DNA from: a bacterium
GTDB lineage: Bacteria; SAR324; NAC60-12
DNA: 23,701 nt
Assembly: GCA_965233585.1 (NCBI GenBank)
Contig: CBDDTI010000068.1
Span: 1-23,701, forward strand
Direction of reading: 5' to 3'
In this document: positions 1 through 9,561 of the stretch, one piece after another
How the letters are laid out: each line of letters starts with the position of its first letter
Position numbering within the stretch: the stretch's first letter is position 1
Program-made: the position numbers and the translations under genes
Notes under the pieces: generated by a model
Told to the model about the DNA's origin: nothing
Database searches by the model: none
Seen by the model: only the letters and a program-made list of their open reading frames with translations

Positions 1-247
1 ATTCTATATAATAGAAAAAAAATTTAATAATAAAAATTGGAGAGATTGAAGGTAGAAAATTAGGTAGGTTTTGTGAAATTTTAAAAATGTATGGTTCCAT
101 TGCCGGGTCGGGTCAGCACTGCTGTTTTTATATCATCCTCCAAAAAAATTCAAGAGTGGTATATAATAATACTCTGTGCTGCATCCTCCAAAAAATCCAA
201 AAAAACTACGAGGTCGAAAACTAAAAAAATTCGGAGGTCGCGGGCCG

Positions 248-470
248 ATCGGGTCAGAAAATTCATTGGGACTGATCTTCATCTACTACAAGAGGTCTCA
301 GGCATATCGGGTCCGGAAATTCGTTGGGACTGATCTTCATCTACTACAAGTCCGAGGTCTCAGGCAAATCGCATCCGGAAATTCCAATACGCCAATCAAG
401 CCGATGAAAACAAGTTCAAAGACGACCACGAGTTTAAAATTCGGAGCGATCTTCATCTACAAGTCCGAGC
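248..470 (+). repeat. ~60-bp tandem repeat (2 units plus partial copies)
   Basis: GGGACTGATCTTCATCTACTACAAG..GAGGTCTCAGGCA occurs twice; GATCTTCATCTACAAGTCCGAG recurs at 449-470. Confidence 0.8.
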
Positions 471-534
471 GAATGGCCACGGCCACGCTTGTTGTAAGGA
501 AACCGACCTCTACGGATCTAAAAATAGACGCCAT

Positions 535-795
535 CGGTCTACGCGTAGATCATTTGAGTTCAATTCAGCCTGAATCGGTCTACGCGTAGACCGATTCGGG
601 CTGTTTGCTCACTACCCGCAGGCTGTATGGCACCTGTTTACAAGTACATGCAGCCTGCTTGCAGCCTGCAGACAGCCTTCCGGGATCTACGCGTAGCCCG
701 TTTGAGACTGAATTGAACTCAAATGATCTACCGACAGCCTTCTTGCAGACTGTTTGCAAGCTACTTGCAGCCTGCAAACAGCCTGTTTGCAGGGA
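535..795. repeat. GC-rich palindrome / inverted-repeat cluster
   Basis: 38-bp near-perfect palindrome at 566-603; perfect 24-bp IR at 545-568 / 708-731; TCTACGCGTAG three times; GCAGCCTGC repeats. Confidence 0.85.
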
Positions 796-1310
796 CCCCC
801 CCGGCCGAGGCGGAAAAAATGCATGAAAAAAAAAATCCGTGGGTAAATCTTGATATCAATTTTTTTTGTTTTTCAATTTTGCTAAATGTCATAAGAGTAT
901 CTTGTTAATCCGTTTCAGAAAAAATTAAATATTGTTTTACGCGCGAGCTTGCTTTTTTATTTTGAAAAATTTGATACCACTCCATAAAAAGTCTTGAGTT
1001 TATTTAAACAAATTTTATCAAGATTTCATACGGCTTGTTGTGTTGAAATCAGTTCATTTTTGTTCTTTTAATAGTTAACATCATAAATCAGAAGAAAAAA
1101 AAAATTACGGTTTGATAGTTGAAACCAAACTTTAGACGATTTAGAATTAAAAACCAATTTAATACTATTGTATGATGTTTGTTTTCTTCTATCGACTAAT
1201 TAATGTTCATCAGTTGTTTATTCTAAAACAAAGAATGTCATAATTTGTTAATTTTAATTTCGTCACAAATAATCGTTGTTTTTTGCCACCTGTTTGTAAT
1301 TTCGATGTAA

Positions 1311-1712
1311 AAAACTAATCTATTTATTTTTTTCTCAAAATATTTTTAAATGACAAAGAGACTTGTTTTTTAAAAATTAAAGGCAAGACGTTATCACCCG
1401 TTTTTTGAAATTTTTGTCTGTGTGAGGTAACGACTTGCCTTTGGATTTTGAAAAATATCAACCATCATCATTGTTTAATTTCTACTAAAATAAGAAAAGA
1501 AAAAAAGTGAACTAATCAATTTCCTACTCAAAATAATTTTTTTAAAATGACGAAGAGACTGGTTTTTAAAAATCAAAGGCTAGAAGTAATCACAAATTTT
1601 TGCATTTTTTAACTCTAAATGAGGTAGTTTCTTGCTTTTGTATTTTTTAAAAAATGCCGACTGTCATGTTTTATTAATTTCTACAAAAAAAAAGAAAAGA
1701 AGAAAAAAGTGA
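1311..1712 (+). repeat. Diverged ~200-bp tandem duplication with internal hairpin
   Basis: AAATGAC(A/G)AAGAGACT..AAAGGC..GAGGTA..CTTGC..TTAATTTCTAC..AAGAAAAGA..AAAAAAGTGA is repeated at ~1345 and ~1543. Confidence 0.75.
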
Positions 1713-2596
1713 TCATTTTTTAATTAGCTGCTATCGGAGCATGCGCGATGTTAAGATTACGAGAAAAAAAAGCACAATTAACGGATGTTTATTATCGTCA
1801 TTTATTTTGCCATGTCAAGATCATAAAAAAATTAATACCGTGTAAATAAGTCAATCTCGTCATATATTTGAAGATTTAAAAAATGGTCGCTGTTGGAGGA
1901 TGTGCCAATATCCGTTTGTAGGCTAAACTGCTATAATAACGGGTGTGTGCACTCCTCCAATTGTTAGATCTCCTCATCATCATCATTTGTTTGTATTTAA
2001 AAAATTTCCAAACAACAACAAAAAAAGGAAGAAACAATCACTGTTTGAGAGTTGCAGTCATTATGGCTAACATTTAACGTTCGTAATGAAGTTATTATGT
2101 CTGTAACTTTTAAATTGTGCCATATATCATCATTTGTCAGTTTTAATTATGCAATCGCCGCAAAGAAGAAAAAAGGATCGCAGATTTAAGGTTCTCCATT
2201 CTAGAGAAATTTGTTACTTTAAATAATTATTTCTCCGGTGGTGATCCTTAAATTAATGTCCTATTTCATCAAAAAAGAAAAAATGCTCTTATTTGAGGGT
2301 TCTGCACTCACTCAAAACGAGATAAAATGCGATTTTCTATCTGTTTTTTGTGAGTTTTAGCCAGAAAATATATTCATCATTTATTTTCGACTGTTATTTG
2401 TTTGTTAACTCAGTTGTATTTTGTTTCTCTTAATGTCAACATGTCTCATCTTTTTATTCGAAAACCTTTTGAAATAGAGGACGATAATACATAGGATGAA
2501 GAATCGAGTGAAGAAACAATAAAAGACCAATTTGAGCATCAAGAAATTGATAAGTGCGGTATTTACGATTTTTATCCTAATGCTTCGCAAACTAGT

Positions 2597-2920
2597 ATGT
2601 TGGACGGCCTTCGAACCTTTTCCCAGTTATTTAATACAATAAATACTTTATTGTGTCATTTACTATCGCCTGAATTGGTACAATTTTTTTCAGAAGAAAC
2701 TTCTCGCCGAAACTACCATAAATTTATTGCTATTATTGAAAAATATCACGGCATTAGATTGCAAATTCAGTCCCTAAATAAATCAGCTCAAATTCTGCTT
2801 AACAAGGCATTGGCCATTTCCAAAAAAGATAAACATTCCCCTTACATCTGCATTTATAAACCGTTTTTCGAAATAATTCAATTGGAGTTTAACCTTTTAA
2901 GAGTGAACATGTACATTTAA
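2597..2920 (+). CDS. Orphan ORF, 107 aa, unknown function
   Basis: ATG-initiated, helical-looking composition in an AT-rich background; no recognised motif. Confidence 0.35.
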   Translation: MLDGLRTFSQLFNTINTLLCHLLSPELVQFFSEETSRRNYHKFIAIIEKYHGIRLQIQSLNKSAQILLNKALAISKKDKHSPYICIYKPFFEIIQLEFNLLRVNMYI

Positions 2921-2941
2921 TCTTTTTCGATTTTTTATTTA

Positions 2942-3500
2942 ATGGGAAAAAGAAAAAAAAAGTCGTCATTAAAATCTAGGAAAGTGAGCAAAAAAGTAAA
3001 AACCCCTGACAAAATTTTTGTTGTAAAATCATCTCGTCCTCTTAACTTTTTGGACTCGGTTTTGTGTCATTAACCTCAATTAGGCCCGATTATTAGAGCG
3101 AAACCTTTGGCCGTGTCCCAACACCTCGCTTCAGAAGACAGGGCGACGCCCGTGATTCCAGACGTCCCGTACGTTTTCCTCGATTATCATACTATAGCTT
3201 GCGCGCTTCAATGTCTGGCTCAAACTTTGAAAAATATTGAAGTGGCTAGGGAACACGTCAACCACCTTATTCGTATCATTCTCTCTTCCAAGCCGGGACA
3301 ATTTTTCGAGTTGATTGACAAAAGTAGACAAAGATTGGACCGAATTTATCACGAGTTGGACGATACTTTTTATCCGATTTTTTTTTCTTTTAAAAGAGCA
3401 ATTTGATTTGGATCAACTAATTGAAAACGATTCCAACCCGAAATTGATCAAGAGAGGAAAAAAGATCGAGATTTCGCTTATTGGATGGCTGAAGAAGGAA
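2942..3500 (+). pseudogene. Degenerate orphan ORF truncated at the LTR junction
   Basis: ATG 2942 (MGKRKKKSS, NLS-like) is in frame with ORF 3107-3406 across one TAA (3071-3073). A probable poly-T frameshift near 3380 continues the reading to the LTR. Confidence 0.4.
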
Positions 3501-3888
3501 AGGAATGACATAAAACAGCAAGGAATATAGGTGCGAAATGATAACCGTCTCTTCTAAGTCCCTTTTTTGGTGTAACCAAGAACTGTCTCTCTATATTTCA
3601 CATACGTCTTTACTCAGTCAAAGACAAGATTGTAAGTAACTTGAGGTTCAGTGGAATTTGTACAACAGGGCTGCTTTGGCACCTCCGGGTAGTTGCCAGC
3701 ATTCACTATCTAGGTTACATTTTATGGTTTTATATGGTGTGGGCAAAAATGCACATAAGAGTCAGTACTGTGATAAAAGAAAGCAAACCATTGCATGCAG
3801 GTTAGTGAACCCACCCTTTACATGCTACAAAGGGAAAGTCACGTCCTTGCAAACCAGATGAAAGATTATTTAAGTATAAGATTTGACA
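3501..3888 (-). repeat. 3' LTR (outer 16 nt missing)
   Basis: Begins TGTCAAATC on the minus strand at 3888, directly after the PPT. Identity with the 5' LTR stops at 3501; the plus-strand TGTTATATTCCTGCCG present at 16523-16538 is absent. Confidence 0.93.
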
Positions 3889-3900
3889 GTCCCCGTCACC
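3889..3900 (-). promoter_or_regulatory. Polypurine tract (short)
   Basis: Minus-strand GGTGACGGGGAC immediately precedes the TG of the 3' LTR. Confidence 0.6.
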
Positions 3901-4061
3901 GTACTGAATCGTAAATGATTTTTTGCAAATGGAAAACCCCATACCGTGTTTAGTACAGCCATTAATTTGCCAAGAAAGAATAGGTGATCAAATCTACCTT
4001 TCTGAGAGGGTTGCCAAGCCTCCAAGTAATGGGGATACTAAGCATAGTTTCCATTTCATAA

Positions 4062-5925
4062 CTATTCAAACTGCTTTAAGACCGAATTGGGGAAAGGCGC
4101 AGTCGGGTTGCTACTAGACACAGATCCTGCATTTGGTGACATGAGAGGTAAAGAAGGTTCTTCCGGCTTAGCACAACGATAATTCTTCGTGAATTTCCGT
4201 CGAAAGAAGTAAATCATATAGACAAAGGCCCCTAATAGGATCACATAGAGTACAACAGAGAGCATATATCGTTCAACCCTAGAATACGACGCCTTGAGAA
4301 GAACTAACTTTCCGCCGAAACTCCGGTAATGAAAGAGAATTGGTTAACTCTATCCCTTCCAGACCATTTGTCAGATCGACCTCCTTGGCAATTGTCCCAA
4401 GCCACTCCTTGGCCTGGGAAAGCAAAGGTAACCGGATAATTTCATGATACCCTATCATGTCCGGTGCTCGAACAAACAGATATTCGGATGTTGATGCCTT
4501 CGGACACTCTTCAGTCAATTGAAGAAGATGGATTCCTTGTATCGATGTAATGTTCGTCTCCTTCTCACACTCAACGACCAGTTGGGTAGGTTCGGAGGTC
4601 ATGATTCGGTACAAGGAAGTAGAGATCTGAACGGCGTGCGAATGCATCTTTTTAACCCTCACATTACAAGTCCGCTCAATGTTGGAAGCACTTTGCGAAT
4701 ATAAGTTATATAAACAAAGATTCGTCAAATTCTTGGAAAGTAAGTTCATATTCGGACAGTGGTAAACTGCAGAAATCTTTTTGCAGAGTTGGAATTCAGA
4801 CGAAGTCATCTGTTTCCCAACAAGACCGTGAGTATCTAAGGCTAAATACTCAGCGGAACTTTCCACGTCCAGAATCACAGAAGAATTTCCCAAGAAAAAC
4901 GGTGCTGGTACATGTCTATATAGCTTTAAAGTGCTACCTGAGTACAATGGTAAATGCACAACTGCGTATAAATTACCCTCATTGTCACTCAGGGTGGAGA
5001 CCGGAACTTGGAACAAGATACCAGGATCCTCATGGGATGGAAGCAAATTACGTTTTCTAGCATTCGCAGCTAAATGATCGAAAGCCGATATAAGAGACTC
5101 AGGAGAAACGATCAAAGGTGAAAGCCTATTCTCCATGAGACTCATCATCCCTTGCAGAAAATCAGATAGCTCGAATCTGAAAGAATGTAACAATAATTGA
5201 ACCTGATGTTCCAAGCTATCCATCGCCTGTTTCCGAGATAAAGTAACAGATTCTTTAATTTGCAGTTGCCATTCGGAAAACTGATCCTGAATAAACTCAG
5301 TAATATTATGAATTCTGAGATCTTGTTCCTTTAATTGCTCTATAATTAATTTCTGGTTCTCCTCAGTCTGACCAATGTCAGACTTTAATTGTGCCATTTG
5401 AGCGGTGTTAAACATGGAGGTTCCAAAAGAAGCTAATCCCATAAAAGCTGCCGCAATTGCAGTAGCCGATCTGGTACGCCGTTTAAGTCTAAGGTTAGTA
5501 CTATTGGTAGAAGGAATTGCAGTAGGAAGTTGAAGTAAAGAATCCCTAAGCAAGTCTACCTGATCTCTTTGTAACTCCTTGGAGACAAATCCATCCTTTT
5601 GTGCCAATGACAACAACAAATTGATGCGATCCTGGATCCTCGTGATAGCGTACATCTCGTTCTCTTTGAATGGCGATTCGGTGTTGAATTTGTTCGAGAT
5701 TGTATTCCCCACGAGATCCATCAATACCTGAGTAGCCTGTTCGAGTCTTGGCAGAGGGATTGGAACAATGATGTGCCCATAACCACTTTCCCTAGTGGTT
5801 TCTCCGATTGCCAAGAAAAGCATCGTATTGTTGTTGGAGTGTAAATCTTGAGCTCGCCGGCCGCCCAACAATAGCATTGCCAAGAGAACTATCATCGGTA
5901 AATTTGAGAAGGTTTTGTTTTCCAT
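4062..5925 (-). CDS. env: Env, class I fusion protein of baculovirus-F/errantivirus type; 1-nt frameshift (4282-4343) separates the TM anchor
   Basis: Signal peptide MIVLLAMLLLG; furin site RLKRRTR|S; fusion peptide ATAIAAAFMGLASFG; heptad region; PLY..LKLY..P.PF and C-x7-C..C..C pattern. The TM segment MLSVVLYVILLGAFVYMIYFF-RRK is in the adjacent frame (ORF 4062-4265). Confidence 0.85.
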
Positions 5926-6089
5926 TGCTTTTCAGCTTCTCTATATCTTAACCCGGTGGGTGCTCAATGGAAAATAATGAACCCAAGACTTTTTCAACTC
6001 CAAAGAAACCTCGGTTTCTTTTATACCTTTACTTTATATCCTCTCCCCTTCCTGGAAAGAATTTTTCCCTAAGCCAGATTTCCCCCTTT

Positions 6090-6356
6090 TTACACAAACA
6101 CCTCTTGCTCAGTAACTTGTCCACGCAACTTGGTAATAAAGTACAACAACCCAAACAAAGAAAAAATAAGGAAAATCACAACAAAAATTTTCAGTTTTCC
6201 TGATCGTTTATTGCAACGGTTCAAGTTCAACCGAGTTTTGCGCATCACACTCTGCAGAATTGGAGGCCTCATTCTTCCTTCTTCTACAGAGGAGCGCAAA
6301 AAATCCGCGCACAAATTCGAGGGGGGAAGGATCGTCCGCCTTCCTCTTTCTTCCAC
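6090..6356 (-). CDS. Small overlapping ORF with one TM helix (start uncertain)
   Basis: Basic segment followed by LKIFVVIFLIFSLFGLLYFI; sits between the accessory gene and env. Confidence 0.4.
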   Translation of the reverse strand: MEERGRRTILPPSNLCADFLRSSVEEGRMRPPILQSVMRKTRLNLNRCNKRSGKLKIFVVIFLIFSLFGLLYFITKLRGQVTEQEVFV

Positions 6357-8906
6357 AGCGCCAGGTGACGTAAATGAAGCCTAGCAGACTCGCAAATAAA
6401 AGCGAGCCCACACACCACGCGAGCACAATCTTCTTGTGGTCCTCCACGTCGCCTGGTTTTCCCCAGTCCTTTGTTGCGAATCTTGGAACCCTCTCAGGTT
6501 CCGGAAAACTCAATTGATATCCTTCTTGTTGGCTTAAACGATCAAGTGCACTGAACTCCTTTTTCGGCTGTTGGACTTCTTCCTCTTCTTCTCTAAGGAT
6601 CAGTTCTTTTTTCCTCTTAAGAAGTTTCTCCATTTCCTGCTTCTCTTGCCTCACACTATCCATTACCAAGGCTTCTTCACCCGAGGTGAGTAACCTTGGC
6701 TGTTGAGGCTGCATTGGCTGGTTCACATCTTTAAGGAGGAAAACATTTAAGGAAAATTCGAACTCTATACCTTAGCGAAGTTTTTTAGGAACAAAGACTT
6801 CAAACAACAAAATTAATTCTTACCCCCATCAACTTCATTCCAAGATCCATAATTAAAACTTGGTTGGACCGCAGGTACCGGTGGTCGTTGAGTATAATTC
6901 TCAACGAGCTCCGTTGGCACTTGCCCAGTCCGGATCGCATTGGCCAACACCTGGGAAGCAAACTCGCTCTGTTGTTTAAACTTCTCATTGGCGAGTTTCT
7001 CCCGCAGAAGATCCGCCTCCAGGGTGTCCGTCAGGTTCTTATGCTTTTCCGCAGTCTTCTCCTCCGAGTCGTCCTGTTTCTTCTGGATCGCGCGGTCAAT
7101 CTGGGAGGCTGTTATGTAAGCTCCCAAACCCGCAAGACCAGTCCCAGCATACTTCCCTGCCTTTGTCCAGTAAGGATGTCGTTCGGAGAAAGTTCTCATT
7201 GCATCGCCGACCCTATTATGAAGTTTAAAGTCTTCCCTTACCTGAGGCAAGAAAGACCCCCCTTCATTGGTGATTCGCGACGCAGAACGGACATCTCCAA
7301 AGCTGGAATCCAGGGAATCCAAGGAAGAGGTTGACGATGATCTTGACAACGGTCGATCACCAGCCAAATTTCTTCTTTGCTGTGGAACAGGACGCTGCTT
7401 GTAATTGGGGATGAAGTAATTCGGAGGTTCCAATGGTGGCATGGGATGCCATCCCGAACGAGGAGCCGGTACCGGTCGTGGTACAGCTATCGCGCCTCTC
7501 GTAGGAACTCCGGAAGAACCTGGTAAAGATGCCAACGACGAAACCGATGGTGAACGTTGAATGGGGTTAGGAGGTTGGAAGGAGTCTAGCGAGGTGGTCC
7601 TGGCACGAAGATTGGTGAGAGACACTGGTGGAAGATTCGCCGCCTGAGGTCCGGAACCCGAGGTGAAACTGTGGGTCCCCGATGCACTCCCGACCCTAGG
7701 ACGTGTTTGAGTATTCATTCGGCGAATATCTTGAAGACTGAGGGTGTTGAAGACCCCAGGACCGGGCGCACCCGGCCTCGTCTTCGCCGCTCCCATGCCA
7801 GCTCCGACTCCTGTGCCAGCTCCAAGTCGCATCAAAACGTTACGACTCGGAGAAGGTGGTCCTCTCCTCGATCCACCACGTGAACTGCCAGACTTCGAAG
7901 AAGAAGATGAACCTCCCTTCTTCTTAGGTCTCTTCCCCAACTTCCTAAGAGGTGACCGCTTTCTTCTATTCGAGCGTGATGGAGGATCCGAGATGATTAA
8001 GGCCGGTTCATTCCCCGCTGGCGTATACTGCCGCCGGTAGCTCAATAGCTCCCCGAAGCTATTCACCATCTCCCATTGTCCGAAACCGTATCCGGGAGGA
8101 GGATTTTCCCTGGTGAAACAAGGGGTGTACTGCGTCGCCTCACAGTTTCTCTTGTCCTCCTCGGTGATAAATGCGCATGGGTAGGTGGTGAGCAAAGTCC
8201 GACATCTGTCCACAAGCGTTTGCTGTAGCATTGTGGTGACGATGACCTTGCCTATTTGCTCCGGCAACTTCGTATTGTCCAAGGGAATGAACATCATCTC
8301 CATCCGTTGAGACATGATATAGGAGAAGAAATCCTGTAAGTATCCATAGACCAGGGTAGAACGAGTGTAGGGTGCCTTCCGGATTACCAGATCATAGAGA
8401 ACCTGATCTAAATGTACCCCGGCCATCACCGCCCGAACGTTTTCTGGACTGAGAACGTACTCCTTGTTCGCTCTCTTGGATCTCCGAAGGACCTTCTTTT
8501 CCAATTCAAAATCATGTCGCCCATCTAACAATCAAAGTAATTAGAGCCCAGAAAATTTCAGAGAAATAGAAATTTATTTACCTAAAACTTTATTGAGGCC
8601 CAAAGCCTTGTTGTTAGTTCGAGGTGGAACACCTCTAAAATCTCGAAGCATCTTGGAGAAATAATCGAGGACACAATCACTCGGTTTGCGTCCACCTCCA
8701 AGTAGCGGTAGCGGGTAAATCGGTCTTGATGTAGTAGTCGTTGTCTCGAAGCGCGTAGGACGCTTAGGTCTGCACAAGGGAGAAGGTCGAGCACAAACGA
8801 CCCCAGTCCTATTGGAACGTCCCCCTCGCGGAATCAGACGTCTCCTCCACTTCGGTCTTGGCGTTGGAGACGCTTCCTCAGTAGACCTCTTGCGCCTCGC
8901 GTTCAT
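6208..8906 (-). CDS. Spliced accessory membrane protein, exons 8906-8582, 8524-6824, 6728-6208 (848 aa predicted)
   Basis: Two phase-1 GT-AG introns join three ORFs in frame. The product has multibasic RRKRS/RRSKR motifs, a Ser/Pro/Gly-rich middle, a coiled-coil-like part and a C-terminal TM segment IVLAWCVGSLLFASLLGFIYVTW followed by RCGRKRK. Confidence 0.72.
6729..6823 (-). other. 95-nt spliceosomal intron (predicted)
   Basis: GG|GTAAGA...TTTTCCTCCTTAAAG|AT. Its removal restores frame: ...EVDG-D-VNQPMQ. Confidence 0.75.
8525..8581 (-). other. 57-nt spliceosomal intron (predicted)
   Basis: AG|GTAAAT...CTAAT...TTGTTAG|AT. AT-rich; its removal deletes in-frame stops and gives ...NKVL-D-GRHDF. 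Confidence 0.75.
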
Positions 8907-8952
8907 CGGCCCGATTCCTGGTGCAAACTTACTAAGCAGATTCTTCAGAAAG

Positions 8953-9231
8953 TTATTCTGTTTCAGAAGCTGCTCCAGGTGTTCCGGGTCCCGCTGATTG
9001 CTCCGAATCCGATCCCATTGGCGAGGTGAAGTTTTCGTTATTCACGTGGAAGTTGAAGTTAATCGAGCCATGATTGGCCGACGGTCCTTGTGTGTTCCAC
9101 ACGTTCGAATCCGCTGAAGAATCCTGAGCAGTTGACGTCATATGCGCCATCTCTTGGTACCCCGTGTACCCTTCACCGGAAAATCCACCTCCCATGGCGT
9201 CGAACAAGAGCGGTAAAAGGAATCCAGCCAT
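8953..9231 (-). CDS. Small accessory ORF (92 aa from MAGFLLPLLF); possibly the frameshifted N-terminus of the downstream accessory gene
   Basis: Good-context ATG (AGGATGG), hydrophobic N-terminus, Gly/Ser-rich. It overlaps the open frame (from ~9042) that leads into ORF 8574-8906. Confidence 0.45.
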   Translation of the reverse strand: MAGFLLPLLFDAMGGGFSGEGYTGYQEMAHMTSTAQDSSADSNVWNTQGPSANHGSINFNFHVNNENFTSPMGSDSEQSAGPGTPGAASETE

Positions 9232-9561
9232 CCTTAAATTATTCAGTTTTGGTTGTTGTTGAAAACGAAAAGCGAACTTAAGTACCCTTACTGCTGAAGA
9301 GCAACTTTGTAAGTGAATGTCTAAGTGAAAATGAGTGATTTTTATATGAAATTTGTGGTTCCAATTCAGGAACCCCAAGATGAATACTTGGATCTGATTG
9401 GTGGAAAAAGTTTTGGCGCAAAAAATGGACAATATTTACGACGCAATTTGTCTGGCGTATTTGACAATGGGCTGCAATCTATTAGCCAAATGACAGAAAG
9501 TGATTTTGACAGCTTCCGTCTCCGTAATAGATTACAGTCAGGGATTTATTTGAATAACCCA

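Noticed and set aside
248..470. CRISPR array
   Set aside because: The intervening sequences are themselves repeated, there are no cas genes, and the context is eukaryotic.
91..908. ORFs over the left repeat/palindrome region
   Set aside because: Overlapping, mostly non-ATG frames produced by GC-rich repeats; no motifs.
6771..6797. Micro-exon inside the 95-nt intron (GAAG|...AAG|GTATAG)
   Set aside because: It would introduce an in-frame TAA and leave implausibly short introns.
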